A stretch of DNA of 64,000 nucleotides from Chrysomallon squamiferum (taxonomy: Eukaryota > Animalia > Mollusca): contig CM022677.1 in assembly GCA_012295275.1 (NCBI GenBank), positions 15,314,001-15,378,000 of the forward strand, read 5' to 3'. Below are positions 40,002 through 54,560 of this stretch, piece by piece (the stretch's first letter is position 1; every line of letters begins with the position of its first letter). The position numbers were made by a program, and so were the translations under genes. The notes below the pieces were generated by a model that did not search any database, was not told where the DNA came from, and saw nothing but the letters and a program-made list of their open reading frames with translations.

Positions 40002-41100
40002 ATTATTAGTATTATTATTATTATTACTATTATTATTATTATTATTTCTATTATTATTATTATTTGTCAAATATTTTAATTTTTATAGTTCAAAACGATT
40101 ATTTCAGTTTTGTACCCTTGATAAGTCCGTACTATTTATTTATCAGATGTTTATGGAATTAGCTCTAATGTGTGTATATATTGAAATACATAATTAGTAT
40201 TATGAAATAATAAATGCGCGGGCTCTTCATGTTTAAGATATTTCTTGATTCTCTTCGGTGGCTGAGTAGACTTTCTCAGCGGGCGCATCACATATTAAAA
40301 TAGATTATTGTAATTTCTATTAATGTCGCCGACGTTCCCGTTGTACGGTGATTGTTCCTAACGTTACTGGTGTACTCCTTTTCTTTTTCTATTCGCTGTT
40401 ATTCTTATTGTCTGACCGTGCCCGTTCTATGTTAAAATTTGTTATTGTAATTTCTATTAATATCGCAGTCATTGCCGTCTTTCCAGCATTGTTCTTAACG
40501 GCTTGGCGTACGCCTTGTTATTCTTTTTTCGCTTTTTATTCGCTGTTATTCTTATTTTCTCATCGTTCTTGGTGTACTTCCCACTATCCTTTTTCTTCCT
40601 ATTAATTCTAATTCATACTTTCCTAACGTTCAAATCCTATTCTTTAATGTATTATTACTATTTCTATTAATATCACCACCTTTGCCGTCGTAATGGCCTT
40701 GTTCCTAGCTTTCTTGGAGTATTGCTCGTTATTCTTTAGCGCATGTTACTAATTATTCCTCATACTTTCTGAGCAGGCGCATTACCTTTTAAAATATAGT
40801 AATTGTCGCCGTCGTTGCCGGGGTACGGGCGATGTTCCTGACGTTATTGATGTACTCCTTTTCGGTTTTTTATTCGCTGTTATTCTTATTGTCATATATT
40901 AAAATATGTCATTATTATCTTTATTTATGTCGTCATCATTACCGTTGTAACGGCGTTACTTCACACTATTAGTTTGCCTTTTATTAAGTATGGCAATTCG
41001 TGTCCACATCATACGTTAAAAACTATCATTACTCTTTCTATTAATGAGGCCGTCATTGCCGTCGTTCCAGCATTGTTCTTAGCGTCTTGATTTACACCTG
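39700..41100. repeat. Diverged tandem repeat of a roughly 120-140-bp unit
   Basis: Recurring TTTCTATTAAT(G/A)TCGCCGTC..TTGTTC(C/T)TAACG..GTACTCC..TATTCGCTGTTATTCTTATT near 39715, 39855, 40320, 40455, 40670, 40805, 40925 and 41040; a further copy lies at 44915-45070. Confidence 0.8.
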
Positions 41101-41468
41101 ATTATTAGGCGGATGGGGAAACGGATCATTGAAAGACGACATATATATAGGGAAACAGAGATAGATAGATAGATATAAAATGAAAAAGGCTGATATGACC
41201 AAGTCTAACCTAATATCAGTCTAATCCCGCGCCCACTCAACTTTTCCTTTATAATCTCATAGAGATTTAGAAAAGATTATTAATATGTACGTTTCTCTGT
41301 ATTCTAGCATTCTGCTAAAACGCGAGAAGTCGCAATATTAACATCATAAATTATATCACACTATAGATTAAAATGATAATTTCTAGTAAGAAATCGATTA
41401 CAGAGAATACCTGTATATTGGGAAATATAGAGCGTACTTTCAATTTATTATTATTATTTTTTTTTTTA

Positions 41469-41513
<45 letters not shown>

Positions 41514-41948
41514 TATAAATAACAGAAGAAAACTTAAATGATATTCCGTTATGTAAACAAAGCTGTTTTGTAAAACGAGCGCAGTTTACACTATAAATCA
41601 TACAAAATAATTATAAACAAGTAAAAATAAAGAGTTATTATTAATTAAGGATACCGCTGTATACACGAATAAATCATATAACATCACGTAATTATAAACA
41701 AGAAAAAATAAGGTTTTACTTAAGGATACCGCTACTTACACTGATAATTTTACCAGACTAAGAACGATATTTCATTGGAAACTTACGAGGTTATAGTGAA
41801 AATGTGACAACGTGTGATATTAATGTGATATTTCCTCATCGGAATTTATGTTGTGTTTACTACTAAGGCAGAATAATTTCTACCCAGCAAAAATAACGTA
41901 GTGTTTTTGTTAAGACAATACACTATTTACTCTGATAATTTTCACTGC

Positions 41949-41996
<48 letters not shown>

Positions 41997-41999
41997 CTT

Positions 42000-44405
42000 T
42001 ACATCTCACCTAGAAATTAAAAGATGAATATCACTTCATATATAATTAACTATTTGCTAATATCTGACAAAATAATCTCAGCTTTTCAATATACACCTGT
42101 CTAGAAAAAGAAAATCAATATTTAATTATCAATACAATCTGAGGTACAGCTAAAAAATAATCCTGAGTTTGTTATTAACAGAGAATTGGAATCTGGAAGG
42201 CCTCTTTATTTCTTAATTTCTCAACTACCTTCTTGAATGAGATCACATTCAGTTAATTATACGACAAATTATACTGAAAATTACAGGTATGATTTCACTG
42301 TGAACCTTCAGAAATATAGATGGAACTTCAGTGTTATAATGTTTTTATTAATAACAGTAGCTTTACAAAAATGTCAAAAATATATCGCGAAATAAAGAGG
42401 GCGCATCTAGTGTAACATTTTACAAACACCAAAACTGAAAAACTAGGATTAACTTTACACGGCGTTATGAAAACAACACTTACAATTTTACCACCTCAGT
42501 CACTATCTACATTAGATGTTATTAGTTTCTCAACAGAGGTGTAGCGGTAATATTAACACATTGTTTTGGAAAATGCAGCGGCTGTTCTTTTTTAAAAAAC
42601 AATGTTACAGATTATACATAACAAAAGAACTTTGTATAACTAACTTGAGATACCGCTACGAAATGTCCGTTTTAGTAAAAGTAACGTGATATTTTACTTT
42701 GATAATTCTAAATCGTATAACAGAAAGGTGTAAAACTGGCAGCTGTAAGTTATAATTCTATGGCGTTATGAAAATATACTGCTTAATTACCTGCAAAAAG
42801 GAAAAGGTGAGAATTAATTGCTGGATGAGCGGTGATATTTACAGTTAAGTATGTTGAGAAATGTAAATGTCAGATTTTGTTAACACTCTACAGGTTAAAT
42901 TTAAAAGTCTGAGAGTTAATTCCCTGGATTCATGACTGTTTGTTCTGATTAGCTCAGAACAAACAAGATTAACACGTTATTTTATTACGCGAATTTTATT
43001 TTTTTCTTTACCTCCATTAAAAAGTGTACATTAGCGGAAGTTGTATATATTTTACTATTCTGATTACACCATAACTTCTATATATCCGCTCCCCAGTAAT
43101 AATCAGTATGTCAGTGAAATAGCATCATATTTGTCCAAATCCTTTCTATATGGGATATTAAAATTATCGATTATATTATTGAACAAATAATCTGGAATTT
43201 CATTCTAGGTTAACTTACTTTACTCAGTGGTTTATATAAAAAAATCTGATATATTCTAAATTACATAATTAGATAAATAAATTTTAGATTAATCATGTAC
43301 TTTTATGTAGGGAGAGATGTAAATTGTGTCGCGGAATGTCATGTTACTGCGGTCATGAAAAAAAGTATCACATTGTGACACTGAAAGGTGCACAGTTAAT
43401 TTTCAGTAAATTCAATACAATAATAAATACAGTATTCATCTAGCACCTCTCGCGTTTCTGTGTAGTCTTATTATTGTTAATAATAAAATAACTCAGCGTA
43501 TGATAAGAAGGACATTGATTTTTGGAGGAAAAAAAAAAAAGATGATTTTAGATGTTAATACCGTAACTTAGCGGATATATTAAACTGAGTTGTATTATCT
43601 TACAAAAAAATCTTCTTTTTTTTTTCTTTTATAACTATACACTTTACAAAATTATTCAAAACATGAAATTATCAAAATATAACGTTAATGTCGTTTATAA
43701 TAAAATATTTCTTTTTTCTGATCCCTGAAATTCTTTTTGATCAGAGGACTGGTACATTCATAATAAACATTAAAAATGTTATTTCAGTTTTGTCGTACAA
43801 ACGACCGTGACGTTAGCTGAAAGCGTTTTTCTTTCTGACTTCTTTTTTCTTTTGTTTGTTTGTAAATCGGAAAAAAAAAGCAGCGATCATTTCAGTTATA
43901 TACCTGTGATATTTACAGGTGCTGCTTAACATCAAGAAATACTAAGAGATTTTCGTTTATTTGTTAATTATCATATTAGAGCTTAATCTAATTCTCTTTT
44001 CTTTTTTTTTTTCTTTTTCTTTTTTGTTGTTTGTTTGTTGTTTTTTTTTGTTGTTGTTTTTATACAATATCAGGTTTCTAAATAAAGACAAAGCATTAAT
44101 TCTAGAACAAGGATTCGTTTTAATATTATCACCGAAAAATATAGGAGGAAAATTTCCCAAAATAAATAGATGAGTATTTTAAAGACGTTTTTGATTCAGA
44201 TGGAATTTTTATATTTAATCATATCAAAATTATTTAAACATATTAAAATATACTTAATTATTTCAAAATATAGTTAATTATATCTGAATATATTTGTCTT
44301 AAACGTTTTATTTGCAACTATGTAGCCACATACTTACCTTTTAATTAACGGTTCATTTTGTAAACTCTTCAGAACATGAAATATGTTTTATAATTTTATG
44401 CAAGT

Positions 44406-44443
<38 letters not shown>

Positions 44444-44890
44444 ATGTGTATTTGTGTAAAAATGTAAAATTATCCTATTTAAATTTATTTTGTAAATATG
44501 AATGTGTAAGTAAAGTGCCTTTTGTAAACTGTGAATGCGAAATAAGGACTCAATATTTTTATTGAAATAATTTACAGTCAGCGATCAAGTGGGTTAAGAG
44601 AATTTACATTATCCTCACTTGAAGAAATCACAGTTGTTTTCACACGAGTGTTTACAATAATCATGTTCTATGAAAAAGGATATATTTTCAGAGATAGGTT
44701 TGATGCTGAAGTGTGCACTTGTTTAACCAACACATGTTTTTCAGGGACTTCCGAGTTCAAGATTAATAAAGTGTAAATGAAAATTATAAACAACATTCAC
44801 AAATTTCTTCGTTGGAATAGTTAGATTACTGTTACAGAAATGTGTTCAAAGTTTTTGGTAGAGATGTTTATTGCATTCGTAACAGTTCAT
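42000..44890 (-). repeat. Right arm of the large inverted duplication
   Basis: Reverse complement of 10715-14335 in four blocks with arm-specific indels; 43490-44400 is unique to this arm. Confidence 0.92.
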
Positions 44891-45339
44891 CAAATTTATC
44901 TTAATTATTCTTCGTACATTCTGAACTGGCGCATCACGTATTAAAATATATTATTGTAATTTCTATTAATTCGCCCAACCGGCATTGTTTAACGTAGTTA
45001 TTAGTATAGTTCTCATTATTATTCTTTGCATTTTATGTAGTATTATTATGAGCGTGCGCATCCTGTATTCAATTTTTTATTAAACACATCTTTATTATTG
45101 TTAACGCTGGAGATTACTGTTACAAAATGTGTTCAAATTTTTGGTGGAGATTATTCTTGCATTTTAACAGTTTTCGTCTGTTTTTAATTTGTTTTTATTT
45201 TTTTTATTGTTGATATTATTTGTAACATAATTATTACTATTTTTATATTTTTTGTGGTTGTTTGTTACTATTATTGCTGTTATAGCTGTTTTTTGCTGTT
45301 GATTAACTTTGCTTTACGTAAAGTTTTTAATTTTGTGTT

Positions 45340-45370
<31 letters not shown>

Positions 45371-46606
45371 AACAGAGACAGAGAGACAGAGATACAGACA
45401 GACAGAGAGACAGAGAGCAGAAAATTCAAATAATCTTATAGACCTTCTAATTAATATACTTATGAATTTATCCATTTAAATAAATTTACTTAATATAATA
45501 ACAGAAGAAATTATGATTATTAAGTACGTTATTTGGGTTAATATATCAAAACAATATAAATAAGAATTATCCTCATCACAATAGAAATTTGTTTCTCCAT
45601 TATGATAATGCTAGCTAAAATTTTATAACTGGAAACAAAATAATTTATAATATTTATTTCAACAAAAATACTTTTTCATATGAAAAATATAATTTTAGGA
45701 AAACTTCTAAAAATTTTAAGATTTCTGATTTATCTGGTAAAATAATAATAAAATATACAACATGAAATAAAAAAGAATACGAAGACATTTGTTTACAAAA
45801 AATGTTTTAAATTAATATATAATTTAACAGACAAAGTAACCTGCAAATTACTAATTAAGTAAATTTCTAATTTCTGAGTTTATGTTCCTAACAACAAATA
45901 CATGCATATGTAGGTTTACACATTTCCTTCCATTTTGTATTTTATTAACATATTTTTATTGGGTAAATATTTACCATAAGTCTTGGTATTTTATATTTGG
46001 ATTACATGATTAAGCAGATTATTGTTTCAGAAAAACAACAACAAAAAAAAAAAACCCACTTAAAAACATGAAACAAGAAATATATTTAAGAAATAATAAG
46101 ATAAAACAAATAAAAAGTCTTCCTTGAAATGAACACTTTTTATTATAAAACTTTTTTTTTTCCTTTTTTTAACCAGTAACAAATGATTTCTAAGGTCAAT
46201 CATATTCATCTTCTTTTCAAATTTGTATCATAGGAATTAATCTCATATTTTTCACCACTGTTTGAAATACACTTTGAAATAATTATCGTTTTCCCTATCA
46301 TGTATTGTCTGAATGTTTTTATTTTTCTCACTCATTAGCATCATTTGAAATATTTTTTCTTGTTTAAGACTGCTGCAGACTTGACTGTACTTGGTGCTGT
46401 GTCTGGTCAAACATTTTTCTCACTGCTGTGACTGACTGAAAAAAGAGGCAGAACTGAATCCAGCATCTGTTTCATGATTTCTGAATCAGTCTGGCATCAA
46501 CTATCAAAACTTTGATAGCAAAAACTCAAATCTTCATCAAATTTGGCCACAGATTTTAATTTCTGCTTTCACATGTCTGTGCACTGAACTCCATCAAACC
46601 ATCCTA

Positions 46607-46608
46607 TA

Positions 46609-46677
<69 letters not shown>

Positions 46678-46710
46678 AAGAAGAAGAAGAAGAACAACAA
46701 CAACAACAAC
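46607..46710. repeat. Compound (AAT)n(AAG)n(AAC)n microsatellite
   Basis: Direct reading; abuts the last acceptor of unit C. Confidence 0.95.
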
Positions 46711-47937
46711 GGTAATAATTATGATATTAGCAGCATGAATAATAATAGTGAAAATATCTACTGCTTTAATATTAATACTAATAATTTTTATTACAATAAA
46801 GTAACACACTCTATATATATATACTTGCTGTCAGGGCTAATTAATTTACTGCTTCAAAACTTACTTATCTATATTTTGCATGAATTTAATTGAAAATATT
46901 AAGTAGCTATTGTTCACTGAAATGGGTAGACTTTTTTTTAAAATCTCTTATTAAGAAATATGTAGAAATCTGACTTCCACAGTTACATCAATGATACATG
47001 AGAGACAGACTTTCACTGGAATTGTTTCATTCAGGATGATATTTCTACTACCTGAATCAAAGTGTATAATTACTTGCTGTCTACTATGTCAAGTCTACTA
47101 TTTCAAGTCAGTGGAACCTTAAGTCTCAGATTCTAGGTTGCTTAGGTTTGTAAATTGTAATCTTTGTTGTAGAGGTATCATGTACTGTTATTTAATATCC
47201 ATTATTTATAAAAAATGAATTTATGTAGCTATACATGATCTTGCATTTGACCAGCTAGTGGTAACCAGTTTTCAAATGCAGTACTTGGTCACAACCACAA
47301 GCCTCTATCAATTAACTGAACAATGTAAAAAGGAAATGTCTAAAATTGATGTAACTGGAACAATTAGAAGATTATTTTTGATTGTGATTCAATTATTCAG
47401 ACACTTGAGAACACCAATAAAATACTTTCCTTTCCAGTGAATTATTAATACATTTTATTTAAGGGAAATAAATGAAGTTCCATAAGCCTACTGCAAAATG
47501 TGGTCACTGAATAAAAATAGAGGCAAAATGTATTTCCAAGTGATAATATAAAAGATTAAAAATAAATGTAGACTAACTTTAGTAGAAAACAGTGATTATT
47601 TCATGTATCACCAGACTGCATGAACCATGTGTGTGTGTGAAATACTAACAGTCTGCTGGATTCTGTTATCTGCAACCTGTTGATGAGTCCTTCCATCAAC
47701 ACTCTACCAGTCAAAGTTTCTCTTGTGAGATCTCATGTGTCAAAGTTGTACAAAAACTAGACTGAGCAGCCACACCAACAGTGACACCTGTAAATATTAA
47801 CAGTAAAATAAATTTCAAATTTAAATTCTTCTAAACACACACACACCCACACCCACATGCACACACCTCACAGAATGAAAACAAAAGTGCACCAGAAAAT
47901 ATTTGTTTTTAGAATCTGATGTAGTAAACAAATATTT

Positions 47938-48701
47938 GTGACCATCCAGCAGAAAATGGGTTCCTTTCATAAAGTTTACATTTTATGTTTTTAACTTTTC
48001 TAGATGAGCTTTGTCTTAGCAGTGAAAATTATATAAAAATTAAAATGTAGTTCCTGAGATATTAGTGATTGAACATTCTAACTTTTAAAGACAATGATGA
48101 TTGTTTAAACATTTTCCATACCAATAACTATTCCATATTAAAAGGTTCATTAAAGAATGTCCTGATGTTTGAAGCCAGTGTCTAGTTTGTTTTTGTACAT
48201 CAGTTTATTTTCAAAAGAAGAAATTCCAAAAAAATTAATTTTTGACTGAATGAATTAAACTAGAAATACCTGATAAACAATAATAATTGAATATTCATCA
48301 AACAACATTAAAAACATAAAATTATAAAATGAGATGTTGGTTGAGAACAAAAGATATCACTGCTATGTAAACAGCTGTATTTTTCTGTATTTTTTATCAC
48401 ACATTAAAACATTTCCGTATACATAAAATAATCTCATATTAATGCTTCAACATTTTCAGCATTATAATCATTTAAAATATGTTCTCATTATGCATAATTC
48501 CAAGCTTTCACAAAATCTGTGCTTGTAGCTGAAAGTTAGTTTGGAAAATGTGTGCACTCTTTTGACTTCTTTACATCGTGCTGGTATTGAGGAATGAGAG
48601 GAAGTCTGTCATACAATCTACAGTTTACTGCCCTTTATCTTAATTTCATTACTGAAACTACACAATGTGATATCTGACTCATATCATGCGGGTTAGTCAC
48701 G
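47938..48701. mobile_element. Possible non-autonomous DNA transposon remnant
   Basis: GTGACCATCCAGCAGAAAAT at the left is a loose inverted match to ATATCATGCGGGTTAGTCAC at the right; no coding capacity recognised. Confidence 0.25.
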
Positions 48702-51700
48702 TTGGATGTTTTTAAAAATTGACATACTATTGAACTATTTAATTCTTATTATTTTAAAAATTATTAATATTATAAATAATCGAAAGATGTACTAATAAAA
48801 AGTGTAAAATAAACTGTCAGTGTAAAATAAAGTTTAAGTTTGTGAATTAATAAAAGAAAGAAACAAAACTCAGATGAACTGGTCACCTGTAGACTGCACC
48901 GTTTTCTCTTTTCTAAAAGTGTGAAAATGTTTTGAGATAAATCTGATTAACACATTATTTTTATTATGTACAAGCAGTTTCAAACTTAAATAAGTGTGTT
49001 AAATACTGCAACTTTTTATCCTACATTAATTAATAGTTTTACATTAAAGGGAAGAGCAAAAGGTTAATTATAAAATTGTTTAGTTCCTCAAAAATTAAGA
49101 ACTAAAATGACTCACTTTCATTTCTAAACATGAACAAAATTTTTTTTTTTACTAAAACTTTATAGAGCTGTCCCACAATTAACAATTGACTATAAAACCC
49201 CAAACATTATAATTTAGAACATTCACTTTTCTTTTGAAAACCAAGTTACTGTCACAAACACAATTAAAAACTAATTATTTGCTTGGATATGTATACCATT
49301 TTAAATGAGATAATAAGAATAACAAAAAAATAATAAAAATAAATAGCCATCTATAATATTTTATTTTAAAACTATTTAAAAATCTGTTTTTACAAAATAC
49401 AACATTCATAAATGATGAATTGCTGCTATCATTTTACTGTTACTGACTGTTATCTCTGTCAATAGAATAACATTAAAACTATTTTTCTGAAGAATCTAAA
49501 TCAAATACAACAAGGTGTAACAAAGTACCTGATGTAAATGAAGATCTTATAACAGAGCTGGGATCCTTCCTCCAGTTTGTTCAGATTGTAGTCAGCCAAT
49601 GATTCACCAGAAATCTTCACAGTCAGGTAGACTTTAGTGTCTCACACCAGAGAACTGTGTGAAATAACAAAATTATGTGATATACTGAAATTTAATAAAC
49701 AATCATATTTAGCCATCATCACAGAAGCCATAAAACAAATATTTATAATAATAACAATAATAAAAAATAAATAACAATAATGATGATGATGATTAAAAAC
49801 AGATAAATAAGTTATAATAATAATAATGATGACAGTAACAAGAAAAACAATAAACTGCAATCATAAATAAATAAATAATCCATTTAATGAAGGACCCTGT
49901 CTAATAATAAAGGTTATTTCATGATTTTATCTTCTCATTTTTTTCATTATTTTCCCCATTCCTTGACTGTTGAAGACTACTTAATTACTGCATACATACA
50001 TTAAATTCCTTATAAATGTTACACTGAAATAAAACTTTTGCCACACACCAGAGGAAAGTGATTTCAACTTAAAATACACATTTTTTTTTTTCAGATAATC
50101 TTCCCAGGTACCTTCTTGATAAAACAAAATTGGCATCTATGAAAAGAAAAAATCAGAACAATAAATTGTATCTGATCATTCCTTGAAGCTAAACTTTATA
50201 TCAAACAACATTTATAATTAAAATAAAACATATATCTGTGATACTTAAGGACTGTCATTCTTATAAACTAAATAAAAATTAAAAAAACAAAAACAACTAA
50301 CCTCTGAATCCAGTGAAAATGCAGGTGACATCACATCACCAAAAGCAGATCAAAATGCTGAAGAAGGATTTCCACTTTCAGCAACAAGCAGTCACAGTTT
50401 CTGAAATACTGAACATAGAAAAAACTGAGTTGTATAAGCATATAACAAAATACATGCATAAAAATACAATAAATGGTTATAGTAAAAAAACATTTATCTA
50501 ATTATATATTTCTACATAAAATATTTAAATAAACCTATTTAACAATAAAAAAAAAAAATTTCCTGACTATAAGACAATTATCTCTCTATTATTTGAAATG
50601 TTAGAGATCATACATTACTTTACTTTTCATATTACAGAAACACAGACAAGGAAATTCTAATGCTGTGTAAATGAATAAATACACATATTATTTAGTATAT
50701 CAATACATTTTCTTTGAGGAAATTTCTTACAAAACCCCAGTTGAAAATGAAGCTCAGATTATTTGCATATAATGGATGCATCATAAATAATCATAACCAT
50801 AATGCAAAATAAATTCAATTATCAAGTTATGAACTAAGCCAAGTAAAACTATCTAAAACATTTGAACATTCTAAATATAACAGTATCTGTGTCTTAAAAC
50901 TTATATGTGGCTCTTACTACAGAAATGGGGTTTATGGTTTTTCTGACAAGTCTAGATCCAGTTTCTTCAGTACACTCCTGTACCTCATCAAGCAGCTTGT
51001 GGACTTTGTAAGCTAATTAAACACTGCGAACTCTGATCAGACTGAGTGAATGTACACTCTAATCTGCATCTACAATGATAAGCCCTGTTTCTGCAGTCAG
51101 AACCACACATAACAATAACAACCCATTCTTCCAGTTAAAGGACACAACTGATTCATACATTTGTCAACTTTACAATCTCATCAACCAGTGAAAGTGAGTC
51201 TTCTGCTTCCTCACTGATCAAAAAGTCAAGTGGAAAGCTTTCCCTGCAGCACAGTGTATTCATTCTTCCTAAGACCAATCACTTGTTCAAGATGAATCTA
51301 ACATGGTCAGTTTGTCTTGACATCTAGTGACACTGATGTCAAACACCATTAGTAAACATGGGATTTGTTCATTTACACACACAGCAATGTCAAACTCAGT
51401 CTGCTAATACAAAGACTCCTGGAAGAAGTTTATTCAATAAAATACAGTCAAAAATATGTTTTGTTGTTGTGTTTATATGATGTCCAAGACTGTGCTCATT
51501 AAGATTTTTAAGATACTGTATAAATAGTTTAGAACAATCTGTTACCACTACTGTCTTCTGATCAAAGTGTTTTCTGACTTCTAGAAGCACTGTTTTTCAG
51601 GATTAATGTAAAATGGTATATGTCCTTTACCTCACCTTGACCTTGACCTACATAATTTTCAATTATCCTTGTGTTAATGGAGTATCAGACTGAAATTACA

Positions 51701-53639
51701 CTTACTGGTTCATCTGGTGTTGGGATTCAGAGAAACAGTGGCTTCCAGTTATGTCCCCTTGACTGGAAATACATCAACCTAGGCTGTTTGAGATGTGGTG
51801 ATGTTTGAGGAAATACATCAACTTAGGCTTTGTTTGAGATGTTGTCCTCTTTCTGGGAGTTTTGTCTCTTTCCTCTGCTTTTCAATGATTTAAGTGTTTT
51901 TCATTGGCTGGTTTTACCTCAGCTGGCATTAAAGGTTCAAGTTTTTCTCCATGATCACTGACATTTGACTGTTGAGATTGGTCACCTGGTGTAACACTCT
52001 TCAACTTCATGCTGTCAGAACTGTTGTAGTTCAACATCGTCGGCTGCAGTGTTGGTGGGTCTCAAGGTCACCAACATTGAGCTGCTCATCGATAAAACTT
52101 TCACACAACATTAACCAAGAAAGTGGACAACTCACTGGTCTGATTCTGATTGGTGGGTGACTTGTCTGAGTAGATAAATAAATAAATAAACAAATCAATA
52201 AATCTCTCAATAAAATAAACAATTAAATAAATAAATCAATCAAATATTAAATAAATAAACAAAAATCAAATAAACAAATCAAATATTAAATAAAATCAAA
52301 TAAATAAATCAAAGAAATCTATTATTTTATACTGTTAATGTTATAATTACTACAACAAAAACAACAACTGCTACTACTACTACAACTATGCTCCCGTTGC
52401 CACATAACAATTTCTCATTTAACTGTTACATACTAATTACTATAAGTACTGCTACTATTACAACTAGTAATATGACTACAGCTAGTATTTTTCTGACCAT
52501 TAGTCCCACAAGATACATTATGATCACAAAGCATCATTGGCTAAAATATCACTGAAAACAAGAACTATTATTATCAAGTACTTATGCTATAACAACTACA
52601 ACAATGGGTTGTACTACTATTACTGCTATTACTATAACAACAACAACAACCTCTGCAGATGCTCCTGTTTCTGCAAGGTTAGTAGATTCTTTGATGACAT
52701 TTCTGTGCTGTGGCAACCTCACAGAAGCAGTTTCTGAAAAACACCAGTCTTTTATTTATCTAACATATTTCTCTTTCTGCAGATACATATATTAATAACT
52801 AATGTTTTATTCTGATTTTTTTTTTTTTGGAAATATACTAAATTCTTAGAATCACCAAATTACATTAAAAACAAAGGCAAAACTAATGTTTAAACTTTCA
52901 AATCAAAACAAAATAAAGTAGAATGTATTCTGGCAAGTTCAAAAGAAAACAAAAAATGGTTTTGATTACCTCTGGTATAAATATAAGCCAAAGAGAAATA
53001 AAACAATGCTAATGGAAGAATGGAAATATGGAAGAATACTAAATTATCAAGCTATTTGCATACAAACAATTACTTTACTTATTATTATAGACGCTCCTTG
53101 CTCTAATCTGCTTTTCTTATTATCAGTATTGAGAATGCATTACAAAAAGTGAAAAGAAATGAAGCTGATATTGAAACAGATAAGTTAGTGTGTGTGTGTT
53201 TTTCCTACCAGTTTTTATTAAAAATGTCTCCCTGTTTTCTGCTGTCTGTGTGTGTCCCATTCTGTTGTTTAGGTAACAACACTTGTCTATTTTGTGGTAT
53301 ATGTCTGAAAAAGTAAAAACAAAGATAATTTAATTTTTTATTGTTTTTATTAATAACATTATTTACTGCTATATCAGTATCAATGCCATTTACTGATACA
53401 AATGAATGATTGTTGAATAATCAGTATCTTTTAAACATACTTCATTATAATCTGATTATTGATAAACATAAGTTCTGGTAAAATATAACAAATCTGAAAT
53501 AAAGAAGAAATATTTTATTTAAGAACACACACCACACTTTTCTTTACTAGTTCTTTGTATCTAGTTCTTTGTATACAGCTAATGAAGAACACCTTTTTTA
53601 AAAAAGCAACTAAAAATATATTTCCAATATATACATCTT

Positions 53640-54560
53640 TCCACAGAAAAAACAACAGAACTCAGAAAAAACAATGTATTTCTATCCATATCTAGATTCT
53701 ATTGAGCTTTAGATATTAAAATAGCACCATTACACTTAATCTCTCAATTAATTTTAACTTTTCTTCTTTGTATGTTACTCAAATCATGATGCTTATTTAC
53801 AGCTAGTTTAGCATATTCTCATTTTAAAATTTCTCTTATTTAGTGCTAAATGTTTTGTATTTTAAGTTATTCCACCAAACAATAGGTTCAGTTTGTAACA
53901 AAGGACACTCAGAAACATTATTAATTACTTCAACAAGAGCTTTACAAAAAAGTTCATCTTTCAACAATTCATTATTAAAGATCCAAATACCTTGACCTCT
54001 ACACGAGAAAAATCTATTTTAAGTGATAAAAAATAGTGATCACTCACTGAGGTATAGGATATGTATACATTACTTATAAACTGTAATAAATTTCTAGAAA
54101 TCAAAAATAAATCAATCCTTGACTGTTTTATAGTTTTTTTCAACATTTTGAGATCTAGTAAATTTTCTTTTATCTGGATTTCTGGGTCACCAAATGTCAA
54201 CTAAATTATAATTACAAATATCTATACTAATAATTTATTATTCAATAATTCACTATACAGTAATTCATTACTACTTTTCATACTGAAAGTTTTATTATTA
54301 ATGCCTAAATCTATATTGTGATCTAAAATTTCATTAAAATCTCCTGCCATTACTGTATTTTTAAAATCCACAAATTTACATAATCCCTTTAAAAAATAAA
54401 ATTCTTTCTTCAGTATTATTTGGCACATATACACTTATAAAACTATAGTCATCATCATCTATTTTTTTATTTTTAACTTTTAAAATCCTGCCTTCAGTGT
54501 CACAACTATTAAAGGTCAACTTGTAAGGATTGTGAAATATAAAATTACCCCCACAAAAAA
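53640..54560 (-). mobile_element. Decayed L1/Tx1-clade LINE endonuclease fragment in an intron of unit C
   Basis: Minus-strand frames give CDTEGRILKVKI..ISVYVPN, VMAGDFNEIL, QSRIDLFLIS, SVSDHYFLSLKI and VWWNNLK, motifs typical of L1/Tx1 ORF2 N-termini; many frameshifts. Confidence 0.8.
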
